Shown in pieces: positions 9,095 to 17,692 of a stretch of DNA of 64,000 nucleotides. Both the position numbers and the translations under genes were made by a program. Positions within the stretch are counted from its first letter, which is position 1. The number at the start of each line of letters is the position of its first letter. Source of the stretch: a virus; the IMG/VR virus record IMGVR_UViG_3300034684_000096, positions 1-64,000 of that record, one strand, 5' to 3'. The notes under the pieces were generated by a model. It saw only the letters and a list, made by a program, of their open reading frames with translations. It was not told the origin of the DNA and did no database searches.

Positions 9095-9788
9095 GAACTA
9101 CTTCATAGAATGTTTCCATATTCAGATACATAACTGGCACACCTCGCATTTCAGCCAACTTCTTTGCTGACTTCAATAACCCAGTTTCTTTACTATACAT
9201 AATAATCAATGTACTGTTTTTATCCAGTTGCCGTATCATATGGTCATAGGCGATATTCACTGCAGTTCTCCCGTTCCCCCAGTGAATTCTTTCTGGCTGG
9301 AAGGTACAATTCTTGCTATGGGCAAAGTTGCTTACCAGTGGTCCATTTGGACCCTGCATTACTGCATAATACTTCTTCTTATTAGGATATACTTTATCTC
9401 TCCATTCAGCCAATCTCAATACTAAATTAATCGTATACTTATTGTAAGCTTTCATGTCTGTAATAACCGCAATCTTTACAATATCATTTTCATTGGTAGG
9501 TGCTGGTTGTACTTTAATGCCTAGACGGTCAAAGTAGTTACTCTGGAAGAAAGTAAATCCTTTATCTTCTTCCTCTTCATCTACAGCGTCATCCAATACT
9601 TCTTTTTCGTCAACCTCTTCCTCACCCTCAATAAGCTCTTCTACAGTAGTTTCCTCTACTTCTTCAAGCAGTTCCTCATCTGGTAGTTCTACCTCAATGT
9701 CAGCCATTACTTCATCCTCTACTTTCTTTTCTACAGGTTCTACTACCTTCTTAGGTCTTCCTCTTTTCTTTCCAGTACTTGTTGCCAT
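9063..9788 (-). CDS. AT-hook/acidic protein with possible degenerate SLOG (YspA/DUF2493-like) domain
   Basis: KKRGRPKK, long Glu/Asp tract, C-terminal alpha/beta domain with a SLOG-like pattern. Confidence 0.55.
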   Translation of the reverse strand: MATSTGKKRGRPKKVVEPVEKKVEDEVMADIEVELPDEELLEEVEETTVEELIEGEEEVDEKEVLDDAVDEEEEDKGFTFFQSNYFDRLGIKVQPAPTNENDIVKIAVITDMKAYNKYTINLVLRLAEWRDKVYPNKKKYYAVMQGPNGPLVSNFAHSKNCTFQPERIHWGNGRTAVNIAYDHMIRQLDKNSTLIIMYSKETGLLKSAKKLAEMRGVPVMYLNMETFYEVVHGKAGKSALR

Positions 9789-9789
9789 G

Positions 9790-11205
9790 TTAATTTTCTC
9801 CTATATGTATCTTTGTTTTATCAATCCATCTACTATCCAATACCATCCTACTGATATCCAAACAGTTAAGACAAACAACTGTATCGGATTCATTGAATTG
9901 TTGGTTTCTCATAACTATTGGAGACAATCTCCAATACTTAGCCTGTTTCTCCTCATCAGTATAGTTCATTGCAAATGCTGATGTTACGGTAGCTAACTTA
10001 CGAATATCTTCTGATACCGTAGTAGCTGAATTTCCTTTCTTAAAGCTTTCCCTATTACCTTGTGATACAGTAATAATAGCACAACCTTTCTCTTGAGACA
10101 ATCCTCGTAATGATTTAAATATCTCATTCAATTTATGTCTTTCATCTAACCTACTATTTTCTGCTAATAGTAAATCAGCATAGTCTAGGATAATAACATC
10201 AAACACAATATTATGTTTTGTCTCATATTTATCCAACAGCATTCGAATATCACGTACACCCATACTATTTTGTGGTCTGGCTTCTACTACTAACCTTCCT
10301 CCCTTAGATTGCATTCTCAAATCAAAAGACTTCTCTACAATTTCTTCACCAGTAAGCAAATCTGGGGTATATTCTCTATACTCAATATCTCCCTCATTAG
10401 TGAAGTAAGGTATCATTATTGTTTTATTTCCCCTATAGTAGTTTGTTGGTTTACCGGTAAAAGAAGAGTAGTATCTATCCTTTACTTGTAATTCCAACAT
10501 TTCTAGTGATATATGAAGTACATTGAGATTAGCACCAATAGATGCCCATGTACCCATTTGTTGAAGAAGCATTGTTTTACCTGCTTTAGCCTTGGCTAAA
10601 AACATCATAAAATCACCTCTTCGTACAGGACCAGTCATTTCACCGAAATCTCCGGGTGGAGTGAATAATACTGTGTTTTCGCTCAACCCCATTATTCCTA
10701 GTTTATCTGTATCTCTGAACAAATCAATACCAGTACTTTCTTCTTTATCAAGTTTCATGTATTGAATAACTTGGTCTTCAGCACTCTCTACTTTACCACT
10801 CATTAAATCATTATTGATTCTTCCTACTAACTTCTCTAGCTTTCTACTTGAAAAGAATGTATATGCTTGGTCTAATTGGTATTCAACATTGAATGATTCA
10901 TTTGCTACGCTAGCACTTAATTCTCCAATCTTCGCCAATAGCCCTGCAATGTATGTTCTTTCTGTTTCTCCAATTTCTAACTCACTATATTCAAAAATAG
11001 TATTTAAGTTATTTGCCGGAGATTCGTTGTACCTTGTATAATAATCCTTACACCACTTTGCTACTGTTTTAGAAGCTTTACTTGAAAACAGAGAAATATC
11101 TAGTTTATCAAATATTCTTCCCATAAATTCAGAGGATACTATCATAGCCAACAATACCCTCTCTTCCCTTTTTGTATCCAGCTTCTCTACTTTTACATCA
11201 ACCAT
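9790..11205 (-). CDS. dnaB: replicative DnaB-like helicase
   Basis: Walker A AKAKAGKT, HISLEM, IILDYADLL, TVSQGNR. Confidence 0.9.
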   Translation of the reverse strand: MVDVKVEKLDTKREERVLLAMIVSSEFMGRIFDKLDISLFSSKASKTVAKWCKDYYTRYNESPANNLNTIFEYSELEIGETERTYIAGLLAKIGELSASVANESFNVEYQLDQAYTFFSSRKLEKLVGRINNDLMSGKVESAEDQVIQYMKLDKEESTGIDLFRDTDKLGIMGLSENTVLFTPPGDFGEMTGPVRRGDFMMFLAKAKAGKTMLLQQMGTWASIGANLNVLHISLEMLELQVKDRYYSSFTGKPTNYYRGNKTIMIPYFTNEGDIEYREYTPDLLTGEEIVEKSFDLRMQSKGGRLVVEARPQNSMGVRDIRMLLDKYETKHNIVFDVIILDYADLLLAENSRLDERHKLNEIFKSLRGLSQEKGCAIITVSQGNRESFKKGNSATTVSEDIRKLATVTSAFAMNYTDEEKQAKYWRLSPIVMRNQQFNESDTVVCLNCLDISRMVLDSRWIDKTKIHIGEN

Positions 11206-12096
11206 TTAGTATATTTTCCTTCTTAAATCATTCATCAACATAGTAGCATCATCGTTACTCAAATCATCTGGGTCACCTGATGGTAAGGTAATATTATACA
11301 CAGAACCACCACTGATATTGCTAATCATTATAGCAGCTTTCTTAGCTTTCTCTTGTGCAGGTACTTCACTATCATATAACATAAATATTCGTTTATACCT
11401 ACGCAGTAACAATAATTGTTCAGACATAAAACTTGTACCAAAAGATGCACAAACATCATACTTTCCTAATCGTAAAGCATCAAATACACCTTCCACCATA
11501 ACAACTATATCACTTGTGCAGTTATCTATATTATATAACAATGATTTATGGAATATTTTCTCCTCATCTGGGCTTGCAGTTAAGTAACGCAAATAAGCGT
11601 CTTTACTAATAGCACGCCCTTGGTATGAAACTATTTCATTATTGTACTCTATAGGAAAGTATATCCTTGAACTATCTTTCCCCGGAGGTGTTCCCTTAAC
11701 ATGGTATTCTCTTTCAATATACTCGGGGTCATATCTTCTTCCTTCTAAATATTGTTTATGATACCACTGCAGAGGATATCCCGGCACTATTACCTTTCTG
11801 TCAGGGTGCACCAATACTCTTTGTTCTTTAATAACTGTAGACGCACCATCATCATACCTATTTAATACTTCTTCTATATTTGGTAGAGAAGTAATTCTTC
11901 GCATAGTAGCAATTAAGGAATGGTTACCACATCTCCAACAAGAAAATGTATGTGCTCCATTTCTAGGTACACCTCCATGGTATGAAGTATCTCCACACCA
12001 TGGACACATAACACCTATATAATTGCTTCCTACGTTTGGACCTTCTAGTGCATAATCTACACCATAGTCATCAAAAAATGAAATATAGTCTAACAT
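11206..12096 (-). CDS. DNA primase (Zn finger plus TOPRIM)
   Basis: CPWC...CWRC, YQGR, VEGVFDAL, YDSE, GDPDD. Confidence 0.9.
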   Translation of the reverse strand: MLDYISFFDDYGVDYALEGPNVGSNYIGVMCPWCGDTSYHGGVPRNGAHTFSCWRCGNHSLIATMRRITSLPNIEEVLNRYDDGASTVIKEQRVLVHPDRKVIVPGYPLQWYHKQYLEGRRYDPEYIEREYHVKGTPPGKDSSRIYFPIEYNNEIVSYQGRAISKDAYLRYLTASPDEEKIFHKSLLYNIDNCTSDIVVMVEGVFDALRLGKYDVCASFGTSFMSEQLLLLRRYKRIFMLYDSEVPAQEKAKKAAIMISNISGGSVYNITLPSGDPDDLSNDDATMLMNDLRRKIY

Positions 12097-12278
12097 CACC
12101 ACTTTACCAATTGAATAAAGATGAAGAACAGGAGGCTAATTCCTGTACCTATAAAGAAGCCGAGCCACCCTTCTAATAGAATACCAGCAATAGGTATTAC
12201 TACACCGAAGAAATTCTGTGCCCACATACTAAATGCAAAGAATGCATCATTTACTACATCTACTTCATTCTCTTCCAT
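12096..12278 (-). CDS. small membrane protein
   Basis: 60 aa, two hydrophobic segments, GAGG RBS. Confidence 0.6.
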   Translation of the reverse strand: MEENEVDVVNDAFFAFSMWAQNFFGVVIPIAGILLEGWLGFFIGTGISLLFFIFIQLVKW

Positions 12279-12409
12279 TAAAACCTCACTTTTTGTTCTT
12301 CAATATATAGTTCTTCGTACTCGTCTTCCAAATAACCATACTCTTCTTCAATTCGTTCCTTCTCTTCCCGAATTCTTTCTTCCGCTTCATTGTAATCCGA
12401 AAATGTCAT
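12278..12409 (-). CDS. 43-aa acidic hypothetical protein (not in ORF track)
   Basis: AAGGAG RBS, MTFSDYNEAEERIREEK...; stop overlaps next start. Confidence 0.6.
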   Translation of the reverse strand: MTFSDYNEAEERIREEKERIEEEYGYLEDEYEELYIEEQKVRF

Positions 12410-12432
12410 TCTGTGTAATCTCCTTGATTATG

Positions 12433-12461
12433 AATATAGCATAAATATTAAAGATTGTCAA
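12433..12461 (-). promoter_or_regulatory. sigma70-type promoter for the primase/helicase operon
   Basis: TTGACA, 17 nt ending TGC, TATATT; -35 lies in the last codons of the SNF2 gene. Confidence 0.7.
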
Positions 12462-14130
12462 GTCCCTTTTCTTTCAAAATACTTTGAACTTGTCGAGTAA
12501 TATGCATAATATCTGTTTCATTGTCCATTACTGCTAAAATATCATTTTGCTTATTGACCAACATATCAATTACCTCTTCTTCAATAGTGGAAAGTAATAC
12601 AGGAAAGTATACATTAACTGTATCCCACTTACTCCCATCTCTTTCTAATCTTCCATTACATTGTTTAATAGTACTAGGCACATAAGGAAATTCAGCATAG
12701 AGAATAGTGTGTGCGACATATTGCCAGCCATCATTTCCAATACCTGCTGATTTAAATTGACCAAATAGTATTCTAATTTTAGGGTCATCAATGAAAGCAT
12801 TCTTTGCCTCATCCTTTTTCTTTCTACCAGATACTCTCCCATCGAGTTTTACTGATATTTTGGGAAACGCATTATATAAAGTATCAATCACACTATGGTG
12901 TTCAGTAAAGACAATAATTTTCTCGTCTGTGGACTTAATAAAGTCTTTGAGGAATGAGATAACAAAGTCTAATTTTGCATTAGCTGAAAACTCTTTTAGT
13001 TGCATTGCTCTTATTGCACTATTTGTAAGTTCTACATCACCTCTCGTGTACGTAGAGACGTCAGCACGGCCTTCCATAATATCGTCGTATTGTTTCTTAT
13101 CTTTCTCAGACAAATGCAGTGGGAGAACGTGAGGCACTGCTGTGGGCAGTCCTTCAATCGTTGCGTGATTCAATCTCCTGAACATTACATGTTTGGTCAG
13201 TAATGTGTATAATTCCTCTAAGTTTGAAGAACCCTTATCATCAAAATATTCTCTTTTTAACCATTTACCATTTTTCTTATAAGACATTGAAGCCATGTGT
13301 CCATTACAATATCTTAATGCAAAGTGTTTCTTATCATGCCATATATCTGGTCTCAATATATTCAATATATTAAAGAACTCAATTGGTTTGTTTTCAATTG
13401 GTGTTGCTGATAATGCTAGTATATTTGGTGTATCTTTGATAATGTATCTAATGCTATGGTTCCATAGTGTTGTTTCTTCTTTTAAATATTGGCATTCATC
13501 AAAAATTACTCCTTGAAAATGCATGTTCTTTAATTCTTCAACACCCGGACTATAATAGTATCTTTTTCCACGTTTTTCAGTATTGAGACTAAATAATTCA
13601 TAGTTAGCGATTATGACATCAGCGTCATATGCATGAATAGAATCTACTCCATCACATACTACTACTCTTTTACTATCAGTATCAAACCTAGTAAACTCTC
13701 TTTCCCATTGAGTTTTTGTAGATGCTTGGCATACAATAAGTAATGGATAATTAATCTTTGTGTATAGAAAGTAACTACTCGCGGTAATGGTTTTACCTAG
13801 CCCCACGTCATCAGCCAATAACATTCTTCCACCGTGCGCTATAGCATATTCTAATGGAGATACTTGATAGTCTCGTAAATGAGGAACTCTATACCGTTTT
13901 AATGGTCTAGTAGGATATTGCTTATTTACATAGGCATATTTATTAATAGCACCAATAGCATGAAGCTTTTTTATATTTTCATCATTGAATTGAAACTCAA
14001 CTTCAGATGTATTTCTATTATAATGCCCACCCATCTCCACAAGTTCTGCTACTTGTTCTCGTTTCTTCTTTGGACCCCTATCTTGAGGGGATATATAAAT
14101 AGTGTTATTGTCTACTCTTGTTTTATACAA
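12448..14130 (-). CDS. SNF2-family (SF2) helicase
   Basis: LLADDVGLGKT, DECQ, LSATPIEN, QCNGRLER. Confidence 0.9.
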   Translation of the reverse strand: MYKTRVDNNTIYISPQDRGPKKKREQVAELVEMGGHYNRNTSEVEFQFNDENIKKLHAIGAINKYAYVNKQYPTRPLKRYRVPHLRDYQVSPLEYAIAHGGRMLLADDVGLGKTITASSYFLYTKINYPLLIVCQASTKTQWEREFTRFDTDSKRVVVCDGVDSIHAYDADVIIANYELFSLNTEKRGKRYYYSPGVEELKNMHFQGVIFDECQYLKEETTLWNHSIRYIIKDTPNILALSATPIENKPIEFFNILNILRPDIWHDKKHFALRYCNGHMASMSYKKNGKWLKREYFDDKGSSNLEELYTLLTKHVMFRRLNHATIEGLPTAVPHVLPLHLSEKDKKQYDDIMEGRADVSTYTRGDVELTNSAIRAMQLKEFSANAKLDFVISFLKDFIKSTDEKIIVFTEHHSVIDTLYNAFPKISVKLDGRVSGRKKKDEAKNAFIDDPKIRILFGQFKSAGIGNDGWQYVAHTILYAEFPYVPSTIKQCNGRLERDGSKWDTVNVYFPVLLSTIEEEVIDMLVNKQNDILAVMDNETDIMHITRQVQSILKEKGLDNL

Positions 14131-14372
14131 TGCTTACTCCTTTCATTATCGTCATTTACAAAATTGGATGCATCTATAAGTGTTTCAAGTGCCTCTTCAC
14201 TACCAATTTGTCTTCCTTGTTTATCATATCTTCTTACATAATATGTTCCAGTCTTTTGGCTATAAGATATAGTGTAATTATATAATTCTCCAAAAGCATC
14301 ATAATGATTATAACTCGCAGTCAGTAAATGCCATGGAAGGATTTCTTTATTCAGTGAAACTTTATCATCCAT
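14112..14372 (-). CDS. hypothetical protein
   Basis: Overlapping operon packing. Confidence 0.6.
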   Translation of the reverse strand: MDDKVSLNKEILPWHLLTASYNHYDAFGELYNYTISYSQKTGTYYVRRYDKQGRQIGSEEALETLIDASNFVNDDNERSKHCIKQE

Positions 14373-14949
14373 CTATTTCTTTCTCCTCTTCTTCACCAGT
14401 CTCTCCAATATCGTAGTAATCTTCTTTTGATAGAAAATCATCCTTATTGTACGACCATTCTCCATTGCCTCCCATACCCCAAGAGACAGCTTTTCTCAAT
14501 AAAGCATATAAAGCCCAATACTCTAATTCATAGTTCATTTGAAAAGTATATCTACTTTCATCAACAGATTTTGTAAATTTTTTACCTTTAACAATTTCTA
14601 CTGAACCATCATTGTATACATAAATTAATCCCCATTTAGGAGGAACTTCTTCTGGTTGTATAACACCTTCCGGGCAAGCATAATATCTCCACTTACCTAT
14701 ACCTTCTTTTGGTCTTTTTCTAAATGGTTTTTTAGCATCAGCTAAGAAGTCTTTATGGCTTACTTTTACTTCTATCATATATGTACCTCGTCTATCAATA
14801 GCATATACATCAGGTACTTCTTTTAATTTACTTCGCATTTCTTTGCAGATAATTCTGATTCTTCCAGAAGCCATGAAATATGCTGTAATGATATCAGCTA
14901 CTTCCTTATGGGTAAATTTACGCCCTACTTCTTTTTTCTTTCTTCCCAA
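14365..14949 (-). CDS. PD-(D/E)XK nuclease-like protein (MmcB-like)
   Basis: EVPDV...IEVKVSHKDFLADAKK...RYYACPEG...WGL. Confidence 0.7.
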   Translation of the reverse strand: MGRKKKEVGRKFTHKEVADIITAYFMASGRIRIICKEMRSKLKEVPDVYAIDRRGTYMIEVKVSHKDFLADAKKPFRKRPKEGIGKWRYYACPEGVIQPEEVPPKWGLIYVYNDGSVEIVKGKKFTKSVDESRYTFQMNYELEYWALYALLRKAVSWGMGGNGEWSYNKDDFLSKEDYYDIGETGEEEEKEIDG

Positions 14950-15163
14950 CTTTAGCCTCCATTAGTCCATCCATAAATCTAGTTATCTCTTCTAAGCAAC
15001 GAGAATCATAAGTAGTATTTTCTAAAGGAAAGAATGTGTATTTTCTCCATTTAGCAAACCACTTTACTTGACCTAAACACATTGATTCATTGTACACATC
15101 AAATATATAAGTCTTTCTCCTATAATCCTCTAGTAACAGAAATGTTAAGCTTTGTTTACTCAT
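14918..15163 (-). CDS. hypothetical protein
   Basis: LGQVKWFAKWRKYTFFP pattern; operon packing. Confidence 0.7.
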   Translation of the reverse strand: MSKQSLTFLLLEDYRRKTYIFDVYNESMCLGQVKWFAKWRKYTFFPLENTTYDSRCLEEITRFMDGLMEAKVGKKEKRSRA

Positions 15164-15172
15164 TCTAACTCC

Positions 15173-16540
15173 TTACATACCAATACTAAGCATTGCTTCA
15201 ATCTCTTCTTTCGTAGCTGGTTTTGCTTTAATTGCAGGTTTAGTATATTTCGTAATAAACTGCTCATATTCTGAATCTTTCATACTGATATTAAAATTGT
15301 GCTCATTACGAATCCAAGCTTTAAAGTTATCAAAGGTGTACCCATATGGGGATACTTTTCTGATATCTGGGGTACCTGCATTTTCTCTTAAATAATCAAC
15401 AAATGTTTTAAGAAATATTGTTGGATTCTCATCACCGAAATATGACCTCCATGTAGTATTCTTAGCATAGTATTGCCCATAGCTTTCCCAAATCTTTTTA
15501 TGTTCTTCTATCAGTTTAGATATCTTTACTTTAAGTGATAGTTTTTGCAAATCACTGAGTGCAAAGTCGTACTCATCCCACCATTTTGCAAAGATTTCAT
15601 AATACTTGTCTTTATAATCCTCACTTACACTCTTTTCCAACATCACTTCTCTAGTTTTTGATGGTCCTTCATCAAGGCATTTCAAAAACCATGAAAATCC
15701 ATTTGTAGGGTTCATTAACCAAGCGTTAATGGTCTTTGGTAACTTGCTTTTATCTACAGGCCATACAGATATATCATTTTTCATTACTTCAAAAGCATCC
15801 AAAGCATCATACAAACATTGTTTGTAATTACTAGCAGATAGATTTTTACTTGTTAATCCATAGGTAGTAAGGAATGTACTGTCTTTCATCCTAAACATAT
15901 TCTGTATTGCATTCAATACTGTTTTAGTTACAGCTAATGGTGTTTCATCACCTACCTCTTTTGGCAGTCTATTATTAAACAGATTCTTTTCTTGAGCATA
16001 ATAAAAAACATCTTTGACTTCTTCCCATACTTCAGGCTGAATAAAATTTTCTTTTTGACCTCGCAAAGGCTTTGCCTCCTTAGAAGAATATTTATATTCT
16101 TCTTTCTTTTCTTTTATATTATCTGTATTACTATTATATAGGGGGATTTTACCTACACCCAAAAACTCGTTACCCGATAACCGGGGATGGTCTGCAGGGT
16201 ATACGGTTAATAATGAGATTTGTTTACCTGCAAAATGACCATTTGTGTCGCGTACATTTTCTGTTTTAATAAGCTTGTCTTCTTCTAATGTACGCAGACC
16301 TTTAGGCACCCAGTCTTTACTCAAGTGGGTGTATTCAATGAGGTCTTGTGTTGTAGTATAAAAGTCTGAACCAAAACTTTGAAATGATTTCATAGTTAGT
16401 GCTACATATAAGCTTATTAAATTCCTAGATTCTACTCCTGTATGCGTTTCATATAAAATACGCATAGCATCCATTTGTTGCCAACAGAAATATGCTTGTC
16501 TTGCATCTCTCAATTGGATGTTATCATTTACTTCCTGCAA
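15173..16540 (-). CDS. hypothetical protein, possible replication initiator (N-terminal winged helix)
   Basis: N-terminal segment resembling wHTH initiators; first gene of the leftward replication operon. Confidence 0.55.
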   Translation of the reverse strand: MQEVNDNIQLRDARQAYFCWQQMDAMRILYETHTGVESRNLISLYVALTMKSFQSFGSDFYTTTQDLIEYTHLSKDWVPKGLRTLEEDKLIKTENVRDTNGHFAGKQISLLTVYPADHPRLSGNEFLGVGKIPLYNSNTDNIKEKKEEYKYSSKEAKPLRGQKENFIQPEVWEEVKDVFYYAQEKNLFNNRLPKEVGDETPLAVTKTVLNAIQNMFRMKDSTFLTTYGLTSKNLSASNYKQCLYDALDAFEVMKNDISVWPVDKSKLPKTINAWLMNPTNGFSWFLKCLDEGPSKTREVMLEKSVSEDYKDKYYEIFAKWWDEYDFALSDLQKLSLKVKISKLIEEHKKIWESYGQYYAKNTTWRSYFGDENPTIFLKTFVDYLRENAGTPDIRKVSPYGYTFDNFKAWIRNEHNFNISMKDSEYEQFITKYTKPAIKAKPATKEEIEAMLSIGM

Positions 16541-16573
16541 TTTTTATTACTCCTTAATCCTTCGTTCAACCAC

Positions 16574-16680
16574 AGCATATCATATAATCATGCTTTTGTC
16601 AACTGCTCGCGAGAAAACTATAGCATATTTCATTTGCCACTGTCAAGCCTATTGACAAAAGTGTAGAAATATGCTAATAT
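16574..16680. promoter_or_regulatory. divergent promoter region (two leftward, one rightward)
   Basis: tgtcaa at 16597 and 16640 with TATGCT/TATAGT on minus; TTGACA at 16652 with TG-C-TAATAT on plus. Confidence 0.7.
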
Positions 16681-16705
16681 AGGCTCATCTATGGAGGATA
16701 AAAGA

Positions 16706-17659
16706 ATGAATGAATTAAGAATTGTAGAACCCAGTGTTGAACTGATTACCGAGCTACCTATGCTTGAACGTATTGAGAAAGCAGGTAGAATATGTTATAG
16801 GTCTGAGGAGAGAATTAAAGAAGGAAGTGCGTCAAAGTTTGTACGAATGATTGTGAATAAAGGACATTGGTCTGTATTAGGGCACTCACAACTGTATGTA
16901 GAAATTCCGTTTGAGGACTGGCTTTGTGTAGAGATTGAATTGCCGTTTAATCTTAAAGGACAATTTTATACTGTGTATTCAAAGACATCTGACGTAGTAT
17001 TAGTAGGTGCAGGAGTGGATGCATGGTTAGAGTTATTTACTACTGTGTATCATGATATGGGGTATTACTTTATACAAGAATTCCCAGATGTGTTCTTTAA
17101 ACTACTTGACCATGAATCATTTGGTGAAGCATATGGTAAAGAACAAGAAGATGCAGTAAAGCCAAACTTTTATACTAATAGTATTATTGAAATGAGCTTG
17201 AATGATGCTATGTGGATGTTGAAAGAGACTATGATACTTACATTGGACAGAGCGTCAGCTATGCAACTACGAACACACAGACTAGCTACTCATTCAGTAA
17301 TGAGTCAACGGTATATCAATTTTGAGAAATATGGTTTTCCTTATATCATTCCTGAAGAGGTAATGAATAAAGCAGGGGCATTACTTCAATGGTATGATTG
17401 TAAGTATGATGAAATAGAAAAGTACTCTCAGTGGATTAATTTAGGTTTTAAACCAGAGATTGCTCGTACATCATTAGGCTCAGATATTGAATCGACAATG
17501 GCAGTAACAGCAAGTCTATGGGAGTGGAAGCATATTTTTGAGATGCGACTAGACCCTCACGCTCAACCAGCTATTCAGAAGGTTATGAAAATGGCGTATG
17601 ATTTGTTGCTAGATAAATACTCTGGTACTGAATTAGAAAAGCTCTTGACAATTTCTTAA
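16706..17659 (+). CDS. thyX: FAD-dependent thymidylate synthase
   Basis: IEKAGRICY, GHWSVL, LRTHR..HSVMSQRY, EIAR, R...HAQ motifs; GGAGG RBS before ATG 16706. Confidence 0.88.
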   Translation: MNELRIVEPSVELITELPMLERIEKAGRICYRSEERIKEGSASKFVRMIVNKGHWSVLGHSQLYVEIPFEDWLCVEIELPFNLKGQFYTVYSKTSDVVLVGAGVDAWLELFTTVYHDMGYYFIQEFPDVFFKLLDHESFGEAYGKEQEDAVKPNFYTNSIIEMSLNDAMWMLKETMILTLDRASAMQLRTHRLATHSVMSQRYINFEKYGFPYIIPEEVMNKAGALLQWYDCKYDEIEKYSQWINLGFKPEIARTSLGSDIESTMAVTASLWEWKHIFEMRLDPHAQPAIQKVMKMAYDLLLDKYSGTELEKLLTIS

Positions 17660-17692
17660 ATTTATGCTATTGTATGTGACAAGGAGACACAC

